Assembly (NCBI GenBank): GCA_965217865.1
Contig: CBDCJO010000002.1
Location: forward strand, 544,001 to 608,000
Length of the DNA: 64,000 nucleotides
Source: Candidatus Latescibacterota bacterium
Lineage (GTDB): Bacteria; Latescibacterota; UBA2968; SICM01
Direction: 5' to 3'
Under the pieces are notes generated by a model. The model worked only from the letters and a program-made list of their open reading frames with translations, made no database searches and was not told the origin of the DNA. Shown piece after piece: positions 34,195-45,471 of the stretch. Each line of letters opens with the position of its first letter. The stretch's first letter is position 1. Both the position numbers and the translations under genes were made by a program.

Positions 34195-34990
34195 TTAGGA
34201 AGATATTGGTACGAGATTCACCAGATATGAAGCAATAATTGGGAAGAGATCCTCGTCTTCCTGGTTGAATCTGAACTCTGTTTCCTTCAGGTATAAATGG
34301 AAATGATGTCGAGGGATTCCTCTGTATTGATATAGCCAATTTTTAGAAAAACTCCAGAAGCCTTCGATGCCATTGATGTGATGTCGGCCTTTGCCTTTGG
34401 GCACCCCTTCTTCTTTTCGAACAACCACGTGGTCACCTTTGACTGAGAACCAAGTATAGGCGGCCAGTCATCGGTGTAGTATAGACTGCCTGCTTTGGTG
34501 TGTGAGGTCACAAGCGGTGTAAGGGTGTTTCGACTTCGATCCGGAATGGGAAAGGTGAGGACTTTTCCGTTCCTCTGATAGAGCCCGAAAACTAAGTGTT
34601 TTCCGGCTGCTCCCCATCCACGCTTACCCTTATGATGACCTCCATACATCGCCTCGTCCAGCTCGATCTCACCCCAAAGCATCTGGTCCGTAAAGCTGTG
34701 ATCGTAGATGGACTGGCGAAACGTGGTATAAATCCGCTGAGCCGTTTTCAGCGATATGGTCAGGTAGTGCCTGGATCGGTAGGAGGGAACTCCCAATACA
34801 AACAGATAAAGTAAATGGGCAAGCTCGTCAAATGGAATTCGAAGCCTTTCAAGGTAAGTGCCGGTGAAATCTTTAAACCGATATCCACACCGTGAACACC
34901 TGAACTGATCGCCTTTTACTATGGGCAACCTGCGTTGATAATCGCAGCTTGGACATCGCCTTTTTCCGCCCCATCGGGCTGCACGAAAAG
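34195..34990 (-). pseudogene. IS1595-family transposase, frameshifted
   Basis: Zn-ribbon CPSC/CSRC, ELDEAMYGG, GKRGWG, YTDDW, HINGIEGFWS. Confidence 0.88.
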
Positions 34991-35048
34991 ACCTAAATTA
35001 ACCCAAATTAACCTGAAAAAATCGATTTTCAATACCGAGAATATTTTC

Positions 35049-35092
35049 CACAAAAAAGAGGCAACACCTTAATTAATCAAGGTTTGCCCCTT
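35049..35092 (-). terminator. Terminator-like hairpin after the tRNA fragment
   Basis: Minus strand GGGGCAAACCTT-GATTAATT-AAGGTGTTGCCTC followed by a T-run. Confidence 0.55.
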
Positions 35093-35102
35093 ATCTTTTT
35101 TA

Positions 35103-35143
35103 TCGGGCCGGCCGGATTTGAACCGGCGACCACTTGCACCCCA
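35103..35143 (-). tRNA. 3' half of tRNA-Pro(GGG); probable att site
   Basis: Minus strand TGGGGTGCAAGTGGTCGCCGGTTCAAATCCGGCCGGCCCGA: anticodon loop, T-arm and acceptor 3' strand; no 5' half. Confidence 0.75.
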
Positions 35144-35208
35144 ATATCACCGTTGTTCGCTCCTGCCGAACTTCCATTCGGCTTGGGTTTTGTAGGAAAA
35201 ACTCCTCT

Positions 35209-35583
35209 CTACAAGGAAGGTAGGGCCACCCTTATCTTTTTACCACACCTTTTTATGTGCCTTTCCTTTACCTCGATCAGGATGTGGGGTTGATCGAAGA
35301 TGACCCTAAGAATCGCCTGCTGGTAGTTGATCTCCTGGTTGATAAAGGACGCTTTTGTCTGTTCGAACTCCTCCCTGGAGATCAGCTCCCGCTTCACCAG
35401 TTCGAGGGCGGAATTGTATCCCGATTTTGCCGTGTCATACGCGGCTTTCTGCTTCTTGAGCGCCAGGATCAGGAAAATTTCGTCATTCCGTTCCGAGTAG
35501 AAACTCTGGGAATACCCCGGGATCCAAAAACACGGAATCGAAAACAATACCAAAAACCACAATGTCAGAATTTTTGTTTTCAA
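35209..35583 (-). pseudogene. Secreted coiled-coil protein N-terminus (ABC-associated), truncated
   Basis: Signal peptide then a helical hairpin; follows two permease genes. Confidence 0.5.
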
Positions 35584-35629
35584 CTGTGTCCGCTCCGTGA
35601 CGGCCGGCCTACGACCCTGACCCCGCTTC

Positions 35630-37048
35630 TTATCTTACATCATACCTCAAAATTGCCACATACGCACCGACAAAGCCCAGAACAGCAAGAAGGACAAGAT
35701 TCAGGATTCCGAAGACGTTTCGAGGCAAGCAGTCCCAAACGGTTTCCTCGTCCTTGTAATCGAAGGGGACAAAACCGGAAAGGTCGGGGTGCTCCTCAGC
35801 CCGCTTTTCCCGCATAAAGCCAGCCAAATAGGACCAATGCCGGTCCAATGCTTTTTTAAGACGCTCCTGCTGTATGATCCCGGTGTGAGCAAAGTCCATG
35901 GAGACAAAACTAACGGCACCGATTGGTGAGATGGACGCGAGAACCAAGGCAAGATTGTTTTGTTTTTGAATCTCGTTTTGCCGTTTCTCCATCAATGGTC
36001 TCAGGTGTGTATAGTACCTTTCCTCGATCTCGGTATTAGCTATCCTGTTTATCCTCACCCATTCTCCATACAATTTATCTGATATGTTCATCATCCAATC
36101 CTTCGGGGTGGTGAGACCGTGACGTCTCTTGAAGGCTTCTTGAACGTCTTCTCTCTCACTTGTACTTTCGGCCCTTAATTTAGGACCGATCTTGGAGGCT
36201 TCCCTTTCCTGATTGTAAATAATGGCCACGGGCTCAATGCTCCGCGCGGCCCGCACTGCGAGGTTTGGCAAGATGAAGACCCAGAGTGTCCAGAGTCCAA
36301 GAAGTGCGAGAAGGGAGGTCAAGCGCTTCTGTGTAAGGGCGGATGCCCATAGGCCGAATGCTGCAAATACCGTCAGATACAAAATAAACACCCCCAACAG
36401 TGCGGCCATTCGACCCCATTCGTCTCCTTCGATCTCCAGTTCAGGAGAGAAGGTCATAACCAGCGATGCAAGCAGGTACGAAAGCACGAAGGGAACGAGA
36501 ACGGCGATGGTCGATCCGGCAAGTTTGCCCAATGCCAAGGTCGATCGTGGTACTGGAAAGGAAGAAAAAATGCTGAGTGTTCCGGACTCCTTTTCACCGC
36601 ACACCGAATCAAATGTGAGCAGAAGTATACACAGACTCAGGATAAACTTGACGACGAATGCGAAATCGAGCATCCCAAACAGGGCTCGAATTGGATCGAC
36701 CGAGAACAAGCTTCGGCTGAAGATCAACAGGCGTCTATGATAGATCTGGACCTCCTGACCCAGTTTTCCAGACATTCCGTATACCAGAGGGCTGAGGGTC
36801 TCCGGCCTCCTGTTCCAGGTATAGCCGTAGGCCAGTAGAGGCCTGAGCCAGCTGTGCTGGGTTATATTCTTTATATGGCTTCGATTTCTTTCAAAGGCTG
36901 TGCTGTACTCATCCTTCTGCTTCTGATATGTCTTTGTTCCGACGTAGACACTCAGAAGCGACAGCAGTATACAGAGGGTCATGACCGCAATAAACCGCAA
37001 ATCGAGAAGGTGGTGCAAAAGTTCCTTCTGAAGAATCCTGCGAAACAT
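35630..37048 (-). CDS. ABC-2 type transporter permease
   Basis: ILQKELLHHL, DSVCGEKESGTL, C-terminal LRYDVR. Confidence 0.88.
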   Translation of the reverse strand: MFRRILQKELLHHLLDLRFIAVMTLCILLSLLSVYVGTKTYQKQKDEYSTAFERNRSHIKNITQHSWLRPLLAYGYTWNRRPETLSPLVYGMSGKLGQEVQIYHRRLLIFSRSLFSVDPIRALFGMLDFAFVVKFILSLCILLLTFDSVCGEKESGTLSIFSSFPVPRSTLALGKLAGSTIAVLVPFVLSYLLASLVMTFSPELEIEGDEWGRMAALLGVFILYLTVFAAFGLWASALTQKRLTSLLALLGLWTLWVFILPNLAVRAARSIEPVAIIYNQEREASKIGPKLRAESTSEREDVQEAFKRRHGLTTPKDWMMNISDKLYGEWVRINRIANTEIEERYYTHLRPLMEKRQNEIQKQNNLALVLASISPIGAVSFVSMDFAHTGIIQQERLKKALDRHWSYLAGFMREKRAEEHPDLSGFVPFDYKDEETVWDCLPRNVFGILNLVLLAVLGFVGAYVAILRYDVR

Positions 37049-37145
37049 CAAACAAACGCCTCCTCTCAACTCTACACCGATTCCAAGGTTCCGTCACCAC
37101 AACGCGTTGGTCTTAAAATTGGGTACGTGGAACCTGGAATTGCTT

Positions 37146-38249
37146 TTACCTGGGATCATATCGAACCATGGCCACATATGCGGCGATAAAAAAAACCAGA
37201 CCCCACACGATAAGAATCCCCAGATCGATTGAGGCTTCAAGCAGCTCCTTTTTTGGCCAGGCCTCTCGATAGGTGAAGCGCGGCATGTCCGAAAAGTCCC
37301 TGATGGGAGGGCCGTATTTGGCTGAGTAGACCTCCCGGAGGCCATCGATTTGCTCAGAAGTATGCAGCCAGTGTCCTAGCACCAGCAGAAAGTCCCGCTT
37401 GAAAGCATCTTTGAATCTTTGATCCCTGTCGATTCCGGCGCCGGCGAGTCGAACTGTCCCGTTATGAAACGTAAACGCAGGAGAAAATCGGGCAAGTGTC
37501 GTGGCGAACCGCAGCCTGGCCTGATAGCGATTTCCAAACCATTCGTCCAATGTTCTGGTTACAACTTTTAGATTGCTCCTTTCCTCCTCCCGCCTTTCCC
37601 ATTCAATGATCTGTCTGACCTCCCTACCCTCCGGTGTGAGCCTCCAATCAGGATTTTCCTTATACCATTCTTCATAATGAGGATTTTTAAATTCTATTGT
37701 AGACCACAGCCCTTCTTTCTTCTCCACCCGTTCGCGAAGTGAAGGGACGGGCTGGGTCGCTTCAGCAGCAATTAGACTCATTCGAGGCATCACAACAACC
37801 GTCGCCACCCAAAACGTGAGGAGGAGTATGAACGAAGTCGATGAACGGCTTGAAAGGGATGATACGAACAGGCCTGCACTCGTGAGGGTCGTCAGATACA
37901 GGCCGACTGCGATCACAATAGCCAGAAGACGCTGCCATTCCTGAACCGAGAGCGCCACGTGAGGCGACGCCAGGATGACCCCTATGCCAAGTAGGAGCGA
38001 AAGACCGAAGACCGTCAAAATCGGAACCAGGGACCCGAGTAATTTCCCCAGAAGTAGTTTGAAATGGGGAATGGAGAACGAGGCGGTGAGGCGTAGGGTC
38101 CCTCTCTCTTTCTCTCCGGAAACGGCGTCGTAGGTGAGAAGAAGAACAAAAAGTCCGAGGATAAACTGGACGACCAGACCCAGGTCGAGCGGGGGAAAAA
38201 CCCCCGTAATCGGCTCCAATTCCACGGGGCTGCCGAGGCGGAGATCCAC
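37146..38249 (-). pseudogene. ABC-2 type transporter permease, 5'-truncated
   Basis: YDAVSGEKERGTLRL, C-terminal VRYDPR; paralogous to the neighbouring gene. Confidence 0.85.
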
Positions 38250-38400
38250 ACGCAGACCTACTAACGGTGGCGGGGAAAGAGTGTCGGATAAGCGATTGCA
38301 TCGCTTTGACAGAAATCAAGGAATCAGGAAGAATCTCAATAGAATCAAGGACTGGAGGACTGTCTCAGGGGCGCGCAGATGGGTCGATAAGGGGAAGTGA

Positions 38401-39012
38401 ATGAAGCATGCTGGCATTTTCGTGATGGGTGCCCTGAGCATTTTCTATATCGCCGCCATTCTCTTGCTTCGTGGTAACGATGCTTGGGAGCTCTTAAGGG
38501 CAGGCAACCTCAACGAGTTGGGAGACTTCCTCGCAGGTGTTTTCACACCCCTGGCTTTCGGTTGGTTGGTATACGGGTATCTCCTACAGTCCAAAGAGAT
38601 CCGCCTTCAGCGCGAGGAACTAACGCTTACACGGAAACAGCTCGGCAAGCAGATTGAATTGTTACAGGAGCAAGTAACAGCAGACTACCAGGATTCCATA
38701 CCCCGTCTCGTTCTTAGAATCGCTTCCCACGCGGATTGGTGGTGGTGGATAGTCGAAAACAAAGGGGGCCATGCGAAAGGTATAGAACTGTTGAATCGTA
38801 ATGAAAACCTGAGAGTCGCAGAGAAGAACTCCTTGGCACATGGTGAATCTTTCCAATTCGAAGTTTCGACAATCAGCTCTGTTAACTCATATGAGGCGCG
38901 CTTCAACTCGGACCGTTCAGAAAGGTTCCGTCAATGCTGGGAGATCGACGCAGGCAAGTGTAAGGAAATCACGGAAGGGCCGGAGCGGCTAAATGAAGGT
39001 CAAGAGGGTTAG
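38401..39012 (+). CDS. Hypothetical two-TM protein with coiled coil
   Basis: LNELGDFLAGVFTPLAFGWLVYGY..Q..E..LQREEL. Confidence 0.75.
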   Translation: MKHAGIFVMGALSIFYIAAILLLRGNDAWELLRAGNLNELGDFLAGVFTPLAFGWLVYGYLLQSKEIRLQREELTLTRKQLGKQIELLQEQVTADYQDSIPRLVLRIASHADWWWWIVENKGGHAKGIELLNRNENLRVAEKNSLAHGESFQFEVSTISSVNSYEARFNSDRSERFRQCWEIDAGKCKEITEGPERLNEGQEG

Positions 39013-39039
39013 GAAATAATCTATGACACCCAGCGTCCC

Positions 39040-39450
39040 GTTGATGGAAATCATTACCACAAACACACGGAAGGCGGCGAACTGCAGTGGCCCGAACCCG
39101 GTCGCCCAATGTTGTTGATCGGCACGTTCAACAAGATCTCGCAATACAGCTCAGGAATATTTCTCGACCTTCGCTGGCGTTTTCGGTCGACAATCGGAGA
39201 AGCTAGTCAAATGGTCGTTTGTGGCTACGGTTTCGGAGACAAAGGAATCAACACCGAGATAACCGCATGGTATGAGCAAGGGCGACGGCTCGTAATAATT
39301 CACCCGGATCCTGACAGCCTTGTCGCCAATGCACGAGGTGCAATACACAAAATTTGGCCTGAGTGGCGGAGAACCGGCTCGATCTCAATCATAAAAAAAC
39401 GATTCGAGGAAGTTGATTGTGATGAGTTTGTGGCGGCGATTTGCACCTAA
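39040..39450 (+). pseudogene. SIR2-like domain, C-terminal fragment
   Basis: LIGTFNK, VVCGYGFGDKGIN. Confidence 0.7.
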
Positions 39451-39510
39451 CCAAGTGCTGCGAGCACGTTGCCCAGGTGGGTTCTGTTCAACCTAGGCCT
39501 GCGGGATGCG

Positions 39511-39544
39511 GTCGGGAGCCACAATCTGTCGGGAGCCACAATCT
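39511..39544. repeat. 17-bp perfect tandem duplication
   Basis: GTCGGGAGCCACAATCT x2. Confidence 0.85.
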
Positions 39545-39592
39545 CATGTCTTGTGTGGGGAAGCCTTTACGTTAGTCACAAAGGGGGTAGCT

Positions 39593-39886
39593 ATGGCTGG
39601 TAAAAAGAGCGGTAAACTCGACAAGAAAGGAATTGAAGGCCTCGCGAAGGACAAGCCTGTCGTGTATAAGATCGAGGACGACAAGGGGAAGAATCTGTAT
39701 ACCGGTGTCGCACAGAGAGGGAGAGTTGAGGCCCGGATGAAGGAGCATCTGCCAGGTGGCGCTGATCCCGTGAGGGGTGGTGTGAAGGTCCGAATTCAAC
39801 AAAAGTCGACCATAGCGGAGGCTGAAAAGTCCGAGGCAAGAATGATCAAAAGAAGTCAACCACCTCAAAACAAAAAGGGTAAGTGA
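39593..39886 (+). CDS. Small GIY-YIG nuclease-like protein
   Basis: PVVYKI...NLYTG...RVEARMKEH...E..MI; RBS AAGGGGG. Confidence 0.75.
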   Translation: MAGKKSGKLDKKGIEGLAKDKPVVYKIEDDKGKNLYTGVAQRGRVEARMKEHLPGGADPVRGGVKVRIQQKSTIAEAEKSEARMIKRSQPPQNKKGK

Positions 39887-40044
39887 TCCATAGTATCGGT
39901 AGCGGATCGACGCGGGGCCGTCAGACTCGCGCGAGCTCACCCCTGAAGACTCCTCTTTCCGCACAGGTTGCATGAACCCGGCCAAGCTGATTATAGTGGT
40001 GTATATAGCAATTCACTGATCAATATGATTGGAAGTTCATATCC

Positions 40045-43000
40045 ATGGAACGGACCCCGGAATTGACGCCCGACCGGATACGAGCGATTCGCGAAGGCAA
40101 GCTTCATCCAGCGAGTTCTCGGGTGCCCGCCCCGTTCGAAGTGGAATCCGACGACATCGCGTCGTTTGGGCCTCCTGCGTTTCCCAATCTTCTGCGACGA
40201 CTCCTCTCTGCTGAGGCCCGAGAGTACGGCCTCCCCCAAGACGGCATCCGCGTCGCCAGCAACATCCATGTCCCCGATGGAGGGGAAGACGGGCGCATCT
40301 CATGGAGGGGCGGTCCCGAGCGCACTCCATTCCTGCCGTCCCGGCTATGCCAGTTTCAGTTGAAGGCCGGCAAGATATCGCCCGCTCGGGCGGGCAAGGA
40401 TGTGCTGACGAACGAAGCCGAAGTGAAGACGATGGTCCGTTCGGTCCTCGAGCGGGGCGGAAACTACATCATGCTCTGTGTGCAGCCCTATAACCAACGG
40501 CAGGTAGAGGCGCGGCAGCGTGGTATCTGTGACGCTCTGGCGAAGGCCGGATTGTCGGTCCTGGATCACCTGATCGGCTTTTGGGAAGCCAATCAAATCG
40601 CCGCGTGGGTGAATACCCACCAATCGGTTGCCCTCTGGGTCAGGGAAGAGGTGGGGCTCGGGACGCCAGGCGGCTTTACTTCGTGGAACCATTGGAATGG
40701 CCGGAGTGAGCACTCTGTGCCATGGGTAGACGATCCCCGACTGGCCGACCTGCGCCGCACGATTCGGGACAAGGTGACGGAGTCCGGCGCGGTTCTCCGG
40801 GTGGTCGGATTGTCGGGCATCGGCAAGTCCCGGCTCTGTCTCGAAGCTCTGAAGACGGTCGGCGAAGACGAAATTGCCAGCCGCTCGCTTCGGGACTTCG
40901 TAATGTACGCAGTACAGTCTGAAGTGGGTGCGGAAGCGATTCATCCCCTCGTCGAGAAACTGGCCGTCTCCGGCGGACGCGCCGTCGTGGTCGTGGACGA
41001 CTGCGACGCGCGAGGACATGCCATCTTGGCCGGGATGGTGTCGCGCCCGGGGAGCCGCCTCTCGCTGGTCACCATCGATAATGAGATTCCCTCTCATATC
41101 GATGCCGCCACCATCAAGATCGACGAAGCCCCAGCGACTGTCATCGAACCCATCGTCGACCATGCCGCCGCGACACTACAGGATGTGGACCGGCACCGCC
41201 TTGCACGCCTCTCGCGGGGATTCCCGGAAGTTGCAATCCGAATCGCCAAGGAATCTGATACGAGGCGGCGATACCTAACCTATCCGGCCGACGACCACCT
41301 CATTGACGAATTCGTCTTGGGTCGGAGGCCAACGGACCGAGCGCTATTGCTCCAATCTGCCCAACTGCTCGCCGCGTTCGGGCCGGTAAGAGTAGAGCCT
41401 ACGGCAGAGGCACACCTCGGCGCGTTTCAAACGGTCGGAACGGAGTCCTTAGCTGAAGAACATCTCGCGAGAATTGCCGACCTTGGTCGCCATCTGACCC
41501 GCGATGACCTGTACGCAGGAATCCAACGACTCGTCCAACGAGACGTAGTCAAGCGTAGAGGAGGACTCGGGACGATTCAACCGCGCCCAATCGCCGTCAG
41601 GCTCGCGGAACGACAGTGGAAGGAATGGGACAACAGGAAGTGGGACCGCGTGCTGTCGGGCGACATCGGCTCCGACCTAAGTGTCTCGGCGGCCCGGCGC
41701 CTCGCTGAACTGAACGCTTCGGAGGTAGCGAGCAACGTGGTGGATCACGTCTGCCGGGAGAGCGGGCACTTCGACCGAGTCGATGAGATTGTCCTTCCAG
41801 GTCGTGCGGAGGTCCTCTCAGCCCTCGCCCAGATCAATGCGGATGCCGTCGCGGAGCTCATCGGCCGTTCCCTGGATCGCTTGGGCGACCTGGGGCAACT
41901 CGGAGACGGTGTTCGCCGTCCTATCGTCCGTGCGCTGAGAACGATTGCCTTCCCCTCCAGCACATTCATGGTCGGGGCTCGTATGATGCTTCGACTGGCG
42001 GTCACCGGGAACGCGTCGGGGGTATCGGCAGCAGCATCACGTCCCTTTGTGGAACTCTTTTCCCCGGTCCTTGGGGGCACCGAAGCCGACGGCGGCGCTC
42101 GACTGCTGTTCCTCGACGAGGCCGCTGACACGAGTCACCAGGCGCAGTTGAGCCATGTCGTCGAAGCGCTGGTCGCCGGCTGCAGCGTGGGAGGGTACTC
42201 GCGGACGGTCGGCCCGGAGATTCAGGGCTCCCGGAGAGCATTGCATCCCTGGTATCCGAACTCGAAACAGGAACTGGCCAGGTACATCGCGGGATGCGTG
42301 AACCGCCTGGGCGGACTCGCGGCGAGAGACGACGATGTGGGGGCGAAGGCCCGTTCCGATCTCGGCGGGGCAATCTCGTCTCTGATGTGCCACGGCTTCG
42401 TCGAAGCGGTCGAGGAGGCTATCCAACGAGTTGTCGGTGCGGGCTGTTCCTGGTCACTGGCGCTGAGGCAGTTGAAGGCTGTCCTCGAGCATGACTCCGA
42501 GCTCATCGACGACAAGACGGCCGATCGCGTTCGGTCCCTGGTCGACAAACTCGAGCCGACGAGCCTTCGAGAACGGGTACGGGTGTTCGTTACCGAGCCT
42601 CCGATGCCGGGGTTCATGGAAACGGAATTGTCGATATCGGCACAGTCTGAGCGTCATCGCGCCATCGTGCTTGCCTTGGCCGACGAACTCCTAGGGGAAT
42701 TACCGACCCTCAGGGAACTCCTGCCTGAGCTCAGCAGAGGAAGGCAGTCGATGGCGGACGAACTCGGAGAATCGCTCGCGAAGTCTGCGCCGTCACCGCT
42801 TGAGTGGCTAGAGCCGATTGTTAAGGCCGTCGTGGGCATACCCACGTCCGAACGTAACTATGGCTTGCTTTCTGGATTCGTCGCGGGTCTCCCAGCGCGA
42901 TTCCACGATGAAGCCGAGGCTTTCAGGACGAGGGCGGTAGGATCACCCGATCTCGCCCCGGCATTTCCCAGGATTTGCAGGCACGCCGGTCTCACCCCGA

Positions 43001-44046
43001 AGGACATCACCCGCGCCATAGACGCTCTGGATCGAGGCACTCTGTCGCCGTGGGACCTGCACCACTGGGCCTTTACCTGGGTGCTCGACAAGGTGTCCCC
43101 CGCCACCGTGGCGCTGCTGCTTGACGCGATGCTCGACCATAGCGCCCCGTCCTTTGCGCTCGCGGTCACCATCTTGGGCCGGATTCTCACCGATGAAGGA
43201 GAGACGACCGAGGAGTCCGGACCGGACATCTCCAAGCTCGCAGATTTTCGGCCCCAAGTTCTAACGATGGCCCGGAACGCCGGTCGTTGGAGCAGGACGG
43301 AATCCAAGCCTCCACGGAGCCTAGCGGGATCCGGAATCGACCTGAACGTGACGGACTACTACTTCGAGAAGATTGTACTGAGGATGCTGGCCAAGGGTCG
43401 CGAGGATTCCAACGCTCGCGCGACGGCTCTGGCCCTCGCTCGAACCCTGGCTCACGGAGACCACCACGGTTGGCTCAATCCGAGGAGCACCAAGCCGACT
43501 TCTGTGCTCACCAGAATGCTGGCCGGTTTTCCGGAGATCGTGTGGCCGCTCATCGGAGGAGCCATCGTGGGGAATCGTCGGTTCGCAAGTCGCATGAGGT
43601 ATGTTCTCGGGCGTCCGTACACTTTCGGCCGCGACGTCAGGCCACCGATCCTGGACGTTCCTGAAGACACGCTGTTCGCATGGTGCCATGCCAACCCCGA
43701 TGGCGCTCCCACCTTCCTGGCGCAGTGCTTGCCGATTCTATCGCCGGAAGACGACGATGCGGAAGCCGGCTTCCTCCATCCTGTGATGTCCCGACTCTTA
43801 GACGAGTTCGGCGAACGCGACGATGTACACCAAGCCTTAGAAAGCAACATCCATACCTACAGCTGGTCCGGTTCTTCAGCCAGCTACTATCCCCGCTACA
43901 GGGAGCCCCTCGAACGGCTTTGCACCCACCCAAAGGCCGGAGTGCGGCAGTGGGCGGAGAAGATGCGTGGCCAAGTTGCGCGCTGTATCACGCGCGAGAC
44001 GATCCGAGACGAGGAACGGGAGGCAAAGGGACGTTGGCTCTGTTAG
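40045..44046 (+). CDS. Nuclease-like + P-loop NTPase + helical sensor protein (STAND/Avs-like), intact
   Basis: 1333 aa; PDGGEDG...FQLKAG, GLSGIGKSRL, VVVDDC, SRGFP, C-terminal YSWSGS...VRQWA. Confidence 0.78.
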   Translation: MERTPELTPDRIRAIREGKLHPASSRVPAPFEVESDDIASFGPPAFPNLLRRLLSAEAREYGLPQDGIRVASNIHVPDGGEDGRISWRGGPERTPFLPSRLCQFQLKAGKISPARAGKDVLTNEAEVKTMVRSVLERGGNYIMLCVQPYNQRQVEARQRGICDALAKAGLSVLDHLIGFWEANQIAAWVNTHQSVALWVREEVGLGTPGGFTSWNHWNGRSEHSVPWVDDPRLADLRRTIRDKVTESGAVLRVVGLSGIGKSRLCLEALKTVGEDEIASRSLRDFVMYAVQSEVGAEAIHPLVEKLAVSGGRAVVVVDDCDARGHAILAGMVSRPGSRLSLVTIDNEIPSHIDAATIKIDEAPATVIEPIVDHAAATLQDVDRHRLARLSRGFPEVAIRIAKESDTRRRYLTYPADDHLIDEFVLGRRPTDRALLLQSAQLLAAFGPVRVEPTAEAHLGAFQTVGTESLAEEHLARIADLGRHLTRDDLYAGIQRLVQRDVVKRRGGLGTIQPRPIAVRLAERQWKEWDNRKWDRVLSGDIGSDLSVSAARRLAELNASEVASNVVDHVCRESGHFDRVDEIVLPGRAEVLSALAQINADAVAELIGRSLDRLGDLGQLGDGVRRPIVRALRTIAFPSSTFMVGARMMLRLAVTGNASGVSAAASRPFVELFSPVLGGTEADGGARLLFLDEAADTSHQAQLSHVVEALVAGCSVGGYSRTVGPEIQGSRRALHPWYPNSKQELARYIAGCVNRLGGLAARDDDVGAKARSDLGGAISSLMCHGFVEAVEEAIQRVVGAGCSWSLALRQLKAVLEHDSELIDDKTADRVRSLVDKLEPTSLRERVRVFVTEPPMPGFMETELSISAQSERHRAIVLALADELLGELPTLRELLPELSRGRQSMADELGESLAKSAPSPLEWLEPIVKAVVGIPTSERNYGLLSGFVAGLPARFHDEAEAFRTRAVGSPDLAPAFPRICRHAGLTPKDITRAIDALDRGTLSPWDLHHWAFTWVLDKVSPATVALLLDAMLDHSAPSFALAVTILGRILTDEGETTEESGPDISKLADFRPQVLTMARNAGRWSRTESKPPRSLAGSGIDLNVTDYYFEKIVLRMLAKGREDSNARATALALARTLAHGDHHGWLNPRSTKPTSVLTRMLAGFPEIVWPLIGGAIVGNRRFASRMRYVLGRPYTFGRDVRPPILDVPEDTLFAWCHANPDGAPTFLAQCLPILSPEDDDAEAGFLHPVMSRLLDEFGERDDVHQALESNIHTYSWSGSSASYYPRYREPLERLCTHPKAGVRQWAEKMRGQVARCITRETIRDEEREAKGRWLC

Positions 44047-44102
44047 TGCCGGGGAACTCGGGCGTTGATTGCCGCTGGGTGCCCGATTCTTCCTTCGAGA
44101 GA

Positions 44103-45345
44103 TCAGCAACCGTTTCGGGCAAGTAGTCCGTCCAGCGCCGCGTCGTCCGTGATGTCGACAGGCCAGCCGTAGGCGGCGGCCACGGCGGCGTCCAGTTGGT
44201 TGTGCACGTCGCCGAGCCACTGTGGCCGGGCGTTGTAGAGGTTGGTCAGGGTCCGCTTCTTGAGCGCTATTGCAGCCTTCTTGTCACGCGGGACCGGGCG
44301 TGGGGGATAGCCGGGAACGGACTCCTCGACCCATTCCACCCACTCGGGCGGGTTGAGCCAGCGGTCGCGGAGTTCGACGAGCCGCCGTGCCGCCGAAGCG
44401 ATGGCCACGACGCGCGGCTTTTCCGCATATTCCGCAGCGGGAATATTGGGAGAGAGACCATCCGGGAAGGGGAAAGTCTCGAAAGTCGTGGTCGGGGTGT
44501 AGCGCGGACGGTCCTCCAGGCTAGTGCCCATGCGGAGCGGCCAGACCTCGTGGAAGCGGCTGTGTAGGATCCCGAACGTGGTGTCGTCGTCGCGCACGAT
44601 GACGATTAGTTGGCTGTCAGGCCGGATGCGGGCGTCGAGCCAAGCGAAGAGGCGGTGCTTGGCGACACGCGGCGTTGCAAGGTACCGCGCCAGTCCGTCA
44701 AGCGCCTTCCACATCCCTTGTCTGGGCTCGACGTGCCGCCACCAGTTGAGGCGGTAGGATTCGCGACGGTTCCGTTGCCGCATCGGATATACTTTTTCCA
44801 AGGTGTGCTGGAACGGAGCCTCGTACAGGGCAGCCTCCTCCTTGTCCATGGTCCAGCCGAGGCGCCGCGCCTTCGTCAAATCGACGCCAGCCCCACCGCG
44901 CCGCGCCGTCAGATCGGTATAGATCTCGTCCACCGCCTCTCCGTCGAGGCGGCGCTCCGGTGTGAGGTCGTCGTCCGACTGCGAGAAGCACACCAATGAG
45001 ACGCGCACGGCCGCGCCATCGATCACCCAAGGCTCGTCGCTCCAGGCGTCGAAGATTGGCCTGCCACCAGTCGCCCTTTCAAGCGCCCGGCAGTTTGCAC
45101 CACCCCGGATGGAGTTGGTCGCAACCAAGCCAACCCGCTTCGAGGTCCCTCCGCCTAAGGGTTCTCCGGCCTTCACGAACCAGAAGCAGACCAGATCGGC
45201 CTCGCGGGGCACCCGGCCCTCGTACACCTGGGAACAGGGTCGAGACGTATTCCTCGCCGAGGTTGGTGATGAGCAGCTTGCCGCCCAGGAACGGCGGGTT
45301 ACCGATAATGACATCGGCCTCGGGCCACTGCGGCTCCCCGCCCTC
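44103..45345 (-). pseudogene. Type IIG/MmeI-like methyltransferase, C-terminal fragment
   Basis: WPEADVIIGNPPFLGGK in a shifted frame; ADLVCFWF, VATNSIRGG, RYTPTTTFETFPFP, TLTNLYN, LDAAVAAAYGW. Confidence 0.88.
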
Positions 45346-45471
45346 GGACGTCAGAATCGCACCACGTCAGGCCCATGAAACAAGGGAAGGCAAACGTCCA
45401 CAATAAATCACTTTCCGAATCAAGCAATTCAATAAATGTCATAACTCCTCCTTACCTTTAAGAGGGCAACC

